Notes: generated by a model not told the origin, from the letters alone. Shown: positions 8,227 through 16,864, counted from the first letter of the stretch. The stretch: 32,000 nt of DNA from Candidatus Harpocratesius repetitus (GCA_021498095.1 JAIZWK010000001.1:1710001-1742000), one strand, 5' to 3'. A program made the numbers and translations.

Positions 8227-10180
8227 AAAAATCGTCAGAAAATACTGATTCTTTTTTCTCTTTCTCTTTTTTATCTAAAGTACTTTCTTCTAATATGGAT
8301 GAATTTTCTAAATTTAAAAATCCTAATTCTTCTTCTCTAATTTGTTGAGCTTTTTGGGCTTCCAATACCAATTCTTCCATACTTTTAAAGAGAGTTTTAT
8401 GATTTTGTTCAATTTCAGTTTTTAGTTTGGTTGCGATCTCACCTCCATAAAAGCTGAAATTTACAATATCGTGGGGGTGAATTCCAGTAACATTTATTTC
8501 CATTTCCAAGTCTTCTGTTCGAAGACGATAAGTTCCTCGTCTTAATGTTGTTTCTTTTAACTTTTTACTGAATTGGGGTATTAAACTATCAATTGTAAAT
8601 CTAATAAGGTTCCACATTTCCAAAGAGCAATTAAAACTATAAAGAGTCAAGATCCTCATTTTTTCATTTAGCATTGAGATTAAATATCCCCTATTTGGAA
8701 AATCCATATCTAATAACAATTCATGTCTTATTTGAGTTAAAACTTCTATATTTTTTTCCTGATAGGCATCTGATATTTGAAGGATTTTTTGGCGATAGTC
8801 TTTTGAATTCAATTTCATTGCAAGAGGGTATAAATCTTGGTGAACAATCAAATCGCTTTTTGCAAATATTTTTAATTCAGTAATCGCATTTTCAGGGGCA
8901 TTTCCTTCACGAAACATATCAACCAATTCGTATGCTTTATTTCGATTTAAAAAGCGCTTTCGAATCATTTTTAAAATATGTTTTGTAAAAGTATATTTAT
9001 TTCCCCAGAAAGGTGATTGATTTAAGAATCTGTCTACATAATGAACTCGATGAGCGATTACATAGGGAGCAATTGTATCGATGATATTCAATGTAATTTC
9101 AGGCATCTGTAATAACCATGTAAGTGCTTTTCCGTAACGTAATAAATCCTTTGCAACTCGAACAGATAGAATTGAATCACAATTTGAACAAGGTACCTTT
9201 TCCGGAATATTATAATGACATCCTGAACATAATCCAGTACTTGGTTTGAGATAGTCTGAATTTCCTTTATCTACTCGATCACACAAGGTGAATTCGCGAA
9301 TAATTGCATGGATATAGTTTTCTGCTTCTAAACTACATGGGATTTCTCCAACTTCAAACCAAATATTTAATAAATCTTCTTCTGATAATACTTTAGGAAT
9401 TTGAACTAGTTCATCATATCCCCCTAATTTTTCATCTCGACTTCTGAGAATTTGGGATAGATCTTGAGAATTTGGCATAGAAATAGGGACAGAAATTCCA
9501 AAACGATCTAAAAACGGCATTGAGAGTTCAAAGGTTCCTACATCGTTTGGATTTAATGTAGCGTAAACGCAATATTTTGAAACATCCAAAACTGAGTCAT
9601 AATATTTAATTTTTCCTTCAGCTAATAAAGAAAGTAGAATATTTTGAGTGTAAGGGGAACATCGATTTACTTCATCAATTATTTTCCAAAAACTCGTTGC
9701 AAATGTGCGCCACATTACCTTTTCTTTCCCTTCTTTCATTAATTTTGGTAAATTCAATGTGGCAATTATTTTTTCTTCAGTAAGTTGAGGGTGACCTCTT
9801 AATATGCATTCTTCTGCTTTATCTAAGGACATTCCAGTAAACATTCTTCCTAAATATTTTACAATTGAGGTTTTGCCACCACCATGTCCTCCTACCAATA
9901 ACATGGCAGAATTGGGGACTAATGCATTCAACACGCATAAAGTGAGTATTTCAGGCAATTCAAAGTTTTTTTGCTTTGATCTTTTTGTTTTGGTTCTTTT
10001 TTTTTGTATTTTTTTTTTTCCAGTTTTATTATATGGTTTGTTTAAAAAATCTGAAATACGATTATATTGGGCATATTTAAGTGAAATAGTATTGCTATGT
10101 ACAAACAATTGATTTGCCTGTATGGTATTAATAATAAACCAGACTTTTTGCCTAAAATAATTATGATCCAATTCAACCAT
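8216..10180 (-). CDS. MoxR-family AAA+ ATPase with N- and C-terminal extensions
   Basis: Walker A GGHGGGKT, pore region RGHPQLTEEKIIA, Walker B IIDEVNR, sensor I ATLNP, R-finger FLDRF, lid SVR; directly upstream of a VWA gene. Confidence 0.88.
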   Translation of the reverse strand: MVELDHNYFRQKVWFIINTIQANQLFVHSNTISLKYAQYNRISDFLNKPYNKTGKKKIQKKRTKTKRSKQKNFELPEILTLCVLNALVPNSAMLLVGGHGGGKTSIVKYLGRMFTGMSLDKAEECILRGHPQLTEEKIIATLNLPKLMKEGKEKVMWRTFATSFWKIIDEVNRCSPYTQNILLSLLAEGKIKYYDSVLDVSKYCVYATLNPNDVGTFELSMPFLDRFGISVPISMPNSQDLSQILRSRDEKLGGYDELVQIPKVLSEEDLLNIWFEVGEIPCSLEAENYIHAIIREFTLCDRVDKGNSDYLKPSTGLCSGCHYNIPEKVPCSNCDSILSVRVAKDLLRYGKALTWLLQMPEITLNIIDTIAPYVIAHRVHYVDRFLNQSPFWGNKYTFTKHILKMIRKRFLNRNKAYELVDMFREGNAPENAITELKIFAKSDLIVHQDLYPLAMKLNSKDYRQKILQISDAYQEKNIEVLTQIRHELLLDMDFPNRGYLISMLNEKMRILTLYSFNCSLEMWNLIRFTIDSLIPQFSKKLKETTLRRGTYRLRTEDLEMEINVTGIHPHDIVNFSFYGGEIATKLKTEIEQNHKTLFKSMEELVLEAQKAQQIREEELGFLNLENSSILEESTLDKKEKEKKESVFSDDFYEQ

Positions 10181-10360
10181 TTTTTAAATACTCCGAGTTT
10201 TTTCTGAAAATCTTTATCATTTTATCATTTATTCTTCATAAAAAATATTCAAGTGAATAAGTTTTTCTTGTTGTAATCTGCTTTAATACTAGATGTTTCT
10301 TCATAAATATACTTTAATAATCAAAAAAATTTAAAATTCTATAAAAAGTAGGATAATATT

Positions 10361-11041
10361 ATGGCAGAAAAAAACAAATCAAATAAAGAAGAAGGAGAGA
10401 AATCTAATAATATAAAGGATAAAAACGAAAATATAACTGAAAAAGAAGAAAAAAACCAAGAAGATAATAAAGAAAAGGATACTATTCAAGAAGAATCAAA
10501 TAATCCTTCAGAAAATGCAAGTATAATTGATGAAAATCTCCAATTATTGCTATCCGAAGAAGAACGGAAAAAAATGGAGAAAAATTTAGATTTAGTTGTT
10601 GGATACTTAGATGAGATAGGAATTGTGGATATAAATGTCGATAGGAAGAAATTAATCATCGCTGTTCCATTTGATTATGAAGATTTTACTTTTTTAAGCC
10701 ATATTGTTTTAAGTGCTGATTGGATTTTAATTAAAACTTCTATCTTTGAACTCGAAAGACTTTCTGAACAATCGTTAATTAATCTTTTTGCTGAAATTTT
10801 GAAAGGTAATTTTATTCTTAACAGTGTAGTTTACTCTCTTGATCCTGAAAATAAAAGCATTTGGGCACAAGCAGATGTTCCTATATCTGCTGATTTTGAT
10901 ACATTTAAGCTTAATTATTTCAGTATTGTATTTGCAATTGATTATTTCATGAAAAATATTAGTCCTAAATTACAGTTAAACTTGAAATCAACCGCTGAAA
11001 AAGAAGATTTTCAAAATACAAATTCAAATCTATATATCTAA
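10361..11041 (+). CDS. YbjN / type III-secretion-chaperone-like fold protein with charged low-complexity N-terminus
   Basis: About 65 aa E/K/N-rich N-terminus, then helix, strands (FLSHIVL..DWILIKT), helix (LFAEILKGNF), VVYSLDPE..IWAQADVP and a final helix, matching the YbjN pattern from memory. Confidence 0.6.
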   Translation: MAEKNKSNKEEGEKSNNIKDKNENITEKEEKNQEDNKEKDTIQEESNNPSENASIIDENLQLLLSEEERKKMEKNLDLVVGYLDEIGIVDINVDRKKLIIAVPFDYEDFTFLSHIVLSADWILIKTSIFELERLSEQSLINLFAEILKGNFILNSVVYSLDPENKSIWAQADVPISADFDTFKLNYFSIVFAIDYFMKNISPKLQLNLKSTAEKEDFQNTNSNLYI

Positions 11042-11120
11042 TCATTTCTGTCAACAAAATTTCTAATCTATTAATAGGATGTTCTAAAAATTTTTTATTT
11101 TTAGTTTAATTAATTCAGCT

Positions 11121-11801
11121 GTGCCAAAGTCTAATCCTAAACATATAAAAAAGAAAGTCGTTTATCAACGATCAAAAGCCTTGGATCAACATAGCATTCC
11201 AACTCGATATTGGATTATGGGAGTCTTAGCTCTCGTTATAATTGCTTCTGTAGTTGTTCTGGCTATTACATGGGATGATATAACTGGTCAGGGAACCGAT
11301 GATAACGATAAACCTCATACAATATTAAGAGTTGTTGATGGTTGTTGGGTAACTATGGCTTATCGTATATATTACGATAAGAACGATGATGGTGTAATTG
11401 ATTATACAGGTCTTGATGCAGAAGTTTACGATGAAAAGCCTATCGATGCACCTTATACAGTTCAAGTCACTTCAGCGCATCTTATATTGGGGTGGTACAG
11501 GGGTCTTCTTGGATTAACCAAAGATGAAGATACATATATTCAAATAGAAGCATTTGTGGATTTAGACGAAGATGGAAGGAATGATAATTCTGGAGAACCA
11601 CCTTTGGGATTTACTGTAGGGACTTTAAAATATAAGGCATTAATAATTTATACTTATATCCTCGAGATTTATGCTGAAGAAGGCTTTGATCCAAGTACAA
11701 TTACATATATTCCAACAACGACTTTCGGACCAAACTTATATATTAATTCTCAAGATTTTTTTGTTTCATCTTTGAAGTTGAAAAAATGTGGGATACAATA
11801 A
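11121..11801 (+). CDS. Membrane-anchored FKBP-type peptidyl-prolyl isomerase-like protein
   Basis: GTG start; basic N-terminus, TM helix aa ~30-51, then FKBP-like elements VVDGCWVTMAY, VYD, PYTVQV, LILGWYRGLLGL, ALIIYTYILEI. Confidence 0.62.
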   Translation: MPKSNPKHIKKKVVYQRSKALDQHSIPTRYWIMGVLALVIIASVVVLAITWDDITGQGTDDNDKPHTILRVVDGCWVTMAYRIYYDKNDDGVIDYTGLDAEVYDEKPIDAPYTVQVTSAHLILGWYRGLLGLTKDEDTYIQIEAFVDLDEDGRNDNSGEPPLGFTVGTLKYKALIIYTYILEIYAEEGFDPSTITYIPTTTFGPNLYINSQDFFVSSLKLKKCGIQ

Positions 11802-13950
11802 TTTTCCATTTTCTGCTATAAAAGGGCAAGATGCCGCTAAACTTGGATTAATTGTTAGTCTTATAGATCCAAATATTGGTGGTCTTCTTCTTTCAGGCTC
11901 TCAAGGTTGCGGGAAATCCATTTTAGTTAGATCAATCCAAACACTTTTCCCTTCTCAAATTCCATTTATTAATGTTCCACTTGGCATTTCTGAAGATATG
12001 TTAATTGGAACCTTAGATCTGCAGCATACTATTCAAACAGGAAAAAAGAATTTCATTAAAGGATTAATTTCTAAAGCCCAAGGTGGAATTTTATATGTTG
12101 ATGAAATTAATTTGATGCAGGATCATATTATTGATCTTCTTCTTGATGTTACCGAATCACATTTGAATATTGTTGAACGTGAAGGTTTTTCTTTCCAAGA
12201 ACAGATTAATTTCACCTTAATAGGCACAATGAATCCTGAAGAAGGAGAATTAAGGCCTCAGATTCAAGATCGCTTTGGTATCGAGATCTCGGTTAAACCA
12301 ATAACAGATCTTAATCTTCGAGCTGAAATTTCAAAATCAATTTTCGAGTTTCAATCTGATCCTAACAGTTTTCTTTCAAAATTTTCTCTATCTCATGAAA
12401 AAATTCGGAATCAGATAATTACTGCTCGTCGTAATCTACAATCTATTCAAATTCCTCAATCTTTTTATATAAAAGCAGCTCAATTAGTTAAAGCTCTAAA
12501 TATTAAATCTCAACGTGCAGATATTAGATTTCTTTTAGTGGCTCGAGCTTTAGCTGCATACAAGCTACAAACTGTTATTTCAGAAATAGATTTACTTCGT
12601 GCTTTAGATTTAATCTTTTCTACTAAATTAAAACGCCAATTCGGAGAATCGATGAATCCTACATTTTTGCAGGAAACATTTTTAGAGATTTGGCATAAAA
12701 TTGGTAGTTTTCCTGAACCAACTTCTTTTGAGTCACATGAACTTTCTTTATCTTCACATCCTGAAATATTTCGCAGTTCAGCTAAAATTGGAAATAAATA
12801 CTCCGAGAATTCATTACCCAAGAAACCATCTGATTTGCACGAGATTGAAAACCATTCCTTTAGTAAGAATGATTCCAAAGATCGATTTACAAATTATAAT
12901 TTTAATTCTTTTGAAAATCCTGGTGTGAAAGGTGGAGCACCGGATGAGAATTCACCTCAAGGAAAGCGATATTCTTTTTCTACAGTTCGTTTGTTAGAAA
13001 ACCCTATCATTATGGATGTTTCAATGATTTTTAAACAACTTCATAAACGAAAGCGAATTGTAAATTATACAGGTAAAGGATCTCGAATAAAAGTACTTTC
13101 TCGCTCTGGTGGGCGTTATATTTTTGCCAGAAAACCTATAAATGGGTTACCCCATTCAATTGCTTTTGATGCTTCTATAAAATCTCACTTTCTTAATTAT
13201 CCACAATCACTAGAAAAAATTGAGAATACTATTTTTCGAAAAAAAACTCAAAATCAAGATACTTCTCTAGCAATTCGATTGAATTATTCAGATATTCATG
13301 AAAAAATAATGGAATTACGCGCCCCTTTATCCCTTTATTTCATTGTTGATGCAAGTGCATCTATGAGGCGCGTATTACCATTAACAATAAAAATAATTCA
13401 AAGTGTACATAATGAAGGTTATAAAAAGAAGGATAAAATATGTGTATTATCATTTCAAGCGAGAAATGTCGAAATTCTACAAAGACCATCCGTTTCTTTA
13501 TCTGTAGCCTTGAGAAAGTTGCGAAATCTGCAAGCTTCTTCTTATACTCCATTGGCTTCTGCATTACAGCACACTTTAACCCTTATCTCTCAAGAAGCAA
13601 TCAAAGGTTTTTCCATTCCAATAATTATTATATTAAGTGATCTTGGAGCAAATATTTCGCTAACTCATCCTGAACGAAATATATCAACTCGAAAAGATTT
13701 TGATCTGATTGCAGATGAACTTGATAAGTTAGCCCGTAAAATTGGTCGTTTAGGTTACTTCTCTATTATTATGAAACCATTAAAATCATTCGCTACTCGA
13801 TACTTAGGAGTGGATTATCTTTCTGTGCAAAAAATTGAGAAAAGCTTTGTTCAATGGGGTAATTCTCAAATTTTTGAATACGATACAGCCGATTTTAATG
13901 GAACAATTATGAAATTTAAGAAAATTGTATCGAAATATGTTGCATTTTAG
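11788..13950 (+). CDS. Magnesium/cobalt chelatase subunit ChlI/ChlD-like protein (AAA+ fused to VWA)
   Basis: FPFSAIKGQ start typical of ChlI, Walker A GSQGCGKS, Walker B LYVDEIN, MNPEEGELRPQIQDRFG, S/P/N-rich linker, C-terminal VWA with IVDASASM, TPLASAL, SDLGAN. Overlaps the upstream gene by 14 nt. Confidence 0.9.
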   Translation: MGYNNFPFSAIKGQDAAKLGLIVSLIDPNIGGLLLSGSQGCGKSILVRSIQTLFPSQIPFINVPLGISEDMLIGTLDLQHTIQTGKKNFIKGLISKAQGGILYVDEINLMQDHIIDLLLDVTESHLNIVEREGFSFQEQINFTLIGTMNPEEGELRPQIQDRFGIEISVKPITDLNLRAEISKSIFEFQSDPNSFLSKFSLSHEKIRNQIITARRNLQSIQIPQSFYIKAAQLVKALNIKSQRADIRFLLVARALAAYKLQTVISEIDLLRALDLIFSTKLKRQFGESMNPTFLQETFLEIWHKIGSFPEPTSFESHELSLSSHPEIFRSSAKIGNKYSENSLPKKPSDLHEIENHSFSKNDSKDRFTNYNFNSFENPGVKGGAPDENSPQGKRYSFSTVRLLENPIIMDVSMIFKQLHKRKRIVNYTGKGSRIKVLSRSGGRYIFARKPINGLPHSIAFDASIKSHFLNYPQSLEKIENTIFRKKTQNQDTSLAIRLNYSDIHEKIMELRAPLSLYFIVDASASMRRVLPLTIKIIQSVHNEGYKKKDKICVLSFQARNVEILQRPSVSLSVALRKLRNLQASSYTPLASALQHTLTLISQEAIKGFSIPIIIILSDLGANISLTHPERNISTRKDFDLIADELDKLARKIGRLGYFSIIMKPLKSFATRYLGVDYLSVQKIEKSFVQWGNSQIFEYDTADFNGTIMKFKKIVSKYVAF

Positions 13951-13954
13951 TATT

Positions 13955-13964
13955 AAAAAAAAAA
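13955..13964 (-). terminator. Oligo-T tract (T10 on - strand) downstream of pyrG, candidate terminator
   Basis: A10 on + in the 36-nt gap between the convergent chelatase-like gene and pyrG. Confidence 0.4.
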
Positions 13965-13986
13965 TAGGAGTTATCTTCTTCAATTT

Positions 13987-15666
13987 TTATTTAATGTTTT
14001 CTTTTATTGCTTGAATGAATTTCAAGTAAATTGGTGATGGTTTATAAGGTCTGGAGCAATATTCTGGATGAAATTGGGTTCCAACCATAAAAGGATGGAT
14101 TTTTTCAGATAATTCAATTGCATTCACTATTTTACCTGTTTTATCATAAGCAGAGATTATTAGTCCTTTAGATTTAACTTCTTCATTAAAATAGTTTTGA
14201 TTAATATGATATCGATGTCTAAAACGTTCTCTTATCTCAGTTGCTTTATACGACTGATGCAGTAGAGTTCCTTCTTTAATTATAACTGTTTGACCACCCA
14301 ACCGCATTGTTCCACCCATATTTACTATCTTATGTTGCTCGTCCATCATACTTACAACCGGATTTGGTGTATTTGGATCGATTTCATTAGAATTTGCATC
14401 TGAAATTCCCATTTGGTAGCGCATAAAGGCAACAAAAAATAGTTGAGCACCAAAACAGATTCCTAAATATGGTACTTTTTGTTCAATTGCAAATTTAGCT
14501 GTTTTTATCATACCTTCTACACCTCTTGTACCAAATCCTGGTGTCAGTAAAATCCCATCGCAATTCTTAAGTTCTTGGATGAAATTTTCTTGTTCTGTAT
14601 CAATAAAAACAATTTCCAAATTCACCTGCTCATGAGCACATGCATGTTTAAGAGCTTCATTAATTGAAACATAACTATCTTTATTATCGACGTATTTGCC
14701 TGGCATTGCAATTTTTAATGTTTGATCATATTTTTGCATGTATAAATCTGCTGTTTTTTTCCATTCAGAATAATTATTCACATTACTGAATTCAACTAAC
14801 TTCGGTTTAAGATTTAGATGATAACCTAACAAATCACCCAATCTTTGTTCTTCAAAAATTAAAGGAACGCTATAGATAGATTTGATGTCTGGATTTGAAA
14901 TAACATGATCAGGAGGAACATTAGTAAAAAGAGAAATTTTTTGCTTCAATTCTGCTGGAATTTCTATTTTTGATCGACAAATTATAAAATCAGGTTGTAA
15001 TCCCGCACTTTGTAATTCTTTTACAGAATGTTGAGTAGGTTTGCTCTTTAATTCTCCAACAGCTTCTGAGAAAGGGACCAAAGTTACATGGATTAGGGCT
15101 GTATCTTCTTTAGGATATTCTAAACGAAGTTGTCGAAATGCTTCTAAAAAGATGATCGATTCCACATCTCCCACAGTACCTCCGCACTCAATAATCAATA
15201 CATCAATATTTTCTTTGATTGCAATGTCCTTAATTCTATTCTTAATCATATCGGTGCAATGTGGGATTATTTGAACCGTTTTACCTAAATAATTTCCCTT
15301 CCGTTCCTTTAGAATTGTTTCAAAGTAGATTTGCCCTGATGTAATATTATGTGATGGATGAATAAAATCTCCTAAAAATCGTTCATAGGTTCCAAAATCT
15401 TGATCTAATTCCCCAATTTTCGTGGTGGTATATGGATTAAAACCCTCATCATGAATTGGATTGAAGTGCCAGACTTGATCTGTTATAAAACATTCTCCAT
15501 GTTCTATTGGGTTTAGGGTTCCAGGATCAACATTTAAATATGGATCAATTTTTAATGCAGATACTTTAAATCCTCGAAATTGACAGAGTTTTCCTATTGA
15601 TGCTGTAGTTACTCCTTTGCCAATTCCGCTCATAACACCCCCAGTAACAAAAACAAACTTGGGCAT
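13987..15666 (-). CDS. pyrG: CTP synthase (glutamine-hydrolysing)
   Basis: KFVFVTGGVMSGIGKG, KIDPYLNVDPGT, GGTVGDVE, KSKPTQHSV, GFGTRG, catalytic GICFG and QFHPE. Confidence 0.98.
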   Translation of the reverse strand: MPKFVFVTGGVMSGIGKGVTTASIGKLCQFRGFKVSALKIDPYLNVDPGTLNPIEHGECFITDQVWHFNPIHDEGFNPYTTTKIGELDQDFGTYERFLGDFIHPSHNITSGQIYFETILKERKGNYLGKTVQIIPHCTDMIKNRIKDIAIKENIDVLIIECGGTVGDVESIIFLEAFRQLRLEYPKEDTALIHVTLVPFSEAVGELKSKPTQHSVKELQSAGLQPDFIICRSKIEIPAELKQKISLFTNVPPDHVISNPDIKSIYSVPLIFEEQRLGDLLGYHLNLKPKLVEFSNVNNYSEWKKTADLYMQKYDQTLKIAMPGKYVDNKDSYVSINEALKHACAHEQVNLEIVFIDTEQENFIQELKNCDGILLTPGFGTRGVEGMIKTAKFAIEQKVPYLGICFGAQLFFVAFMRYQMGISDANSNEIDPNTPNPVVSMMDEQHKIVNMGGTMRLGGQTVIIKEGTLLHQSYKATEIRERFRHRYHINQNYFNEEVKSKGLIISAYDKTGKIVNAIELSEKIHPFMVGTQFHPEYCSRPYKPSPIYLKFIQAIKENIK

Positions 15667-15813
15667 ATTACATAGAAGTCGTGAAAATTTAAAAAATCAT
15701 TTATTAAAAAATGCTTAATTCGTAAAAATTCAATAAACAAAAAAGAAAAAACAATTAAACAACTGTAATGTTGAATTCATTCACTGCATTTAATTATTTT
15801 AACAAGAAATGCA

Positions 15814-16182
15814 TTATTGAAATTGCTTGAGAAAATCTAGATTATATTGAGCTTTTTTGAGAATGTCTTGCAACATTTCTTTAGTAATTGGTTTTATGAG
15901 AAATTCATTAAAAGCCATTCGGATTTGAGGGGTTTCTAAAAAATTTGCCATCCCAATTTTAAAACAGTCGTAATCTACTTCATAAATTAATTCATTTCCT
16001 TGTAATCCTCCAGTAAGATATATCTCAGTTAAAATTATGTCAAATTTTTGTTTTCGGAGAAGTCTTTGAGCATCAACGCTCGAATGGGCAGTGAAAACAT
16101 CATGAGTCGGATCGATCTGTAAAATTAACTGAACAATCCGATCTTGATTAACTAAATCATTATCGATTAGTAAAATGTCCAT
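15814..16182 (-). CDS. Stand-alone CheY-like receiver domain protein, atypical (phospho-acceptor Asp replaced by Glu)
   Basis: ILLIDND, FDIILTEIYL (E53 at the canonical Asp position), FLIKPI with the conserved KP; 122 aa single domain. Confidence 0.85.
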   Translation of the reverse strand: MDILLIDNDLVNQDRIVQLILQIDPTHDVFTAHSSVDAQRLLRKQKFDIILTEIYLTGGLQGNELIYEVDYDCFKIGMANFLETPQIRMAFNEFLIKPITKEMLQDILKKAQYNLDFLKQFQ

Positions 16183-16291
16183 TGTTGCAATTAAAAAATA
16201 AATTCCATCCTTAAAATAATATCGTATAAACTAAAATATATAGAAGAGAAAAATAGTGAGAATATGAAAATTCGTTTTTTATTGTTAAAAT

Positions 16292-16864
16292 TTAAGAAAA
16301 ATTAATCTTTTTTCCCCGTAACCAAGATTCCATTACCAGAGTATTAAAAATTCTGATATGATTGGAATCATTTGTCTGAAATACTAAAATGTGGTCTTTT
16401 TGTAATCCCAGAGCACCAAAAATTAATTTTTCACCATCAATTAATGCACACCAACGATCTTTACCTTCATATATCCGAATATTAATATTATCAAATGCAC
16501 TTAGTTCTTCCATTATTTCTTTATCAGATTGATTGTCTAAAGCCATACTGCAGGCAACTTTAATATTTATATTTGCATTGATTTCAAATAGAGATAGTTC
16601 TCCTACATCTTGGATGAGAGGCGTTGTAATAATAATATTATGTTGAGCTGTTTGGATTATTTCATAGATTTTTTCTAAGATTTCTTTTCGTTTATAGAAA
16701 ACTCCTTTATCTTGTTCGAATAATTGAAGGCGATGTTCTAATTCTTCAACTTCATCATCAGCTGCTTCTAAATCTTCTTTTAAAAACTCCATTTCTTCTT
16801 CTAATGAGCGGATTTTTTCTTTTAATTGAGCTATTTCATCTTGGTTTACAGAAATTATTCTCAA
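16292..16864 (-). CDS. Coiled-coil protein with C-terminal PLD-like / TrmB effector-like domain
   Basis: TTG start; aa ~8-52 heptad coiled coil; ILEKIYEIIQTAQHNIIITTP and CALIDGEKLIFG fit the PLD-fold pattern without an HxK motif. Confidence 0.6.
   Translation of the reverse strand: MRIISVNQDEIAQLKEKIRSLEEEMEFLKEDLEAADDEVEELEHRLQLFEQDKGVFYKRKEILEKIYEIIQTAQHNIIITTPLIQDVGELSLFEINANINIKVACSMALDNQSDKEIMEELSAFDNINIRIYEGKDRWCALIDGEKLIFGALGLQKDHILVFQTNDSNHIRIFNTLVMESWLRGKKINFS

Noticed and set aside
11788-13950. Chelatase-like gene as evidence of (bacterio)chlorophyll synthesis
   Set aside because: ChlI/D-like proteins are widespread in non-phototrophs; no chlH or other photosynthesis genes are present.
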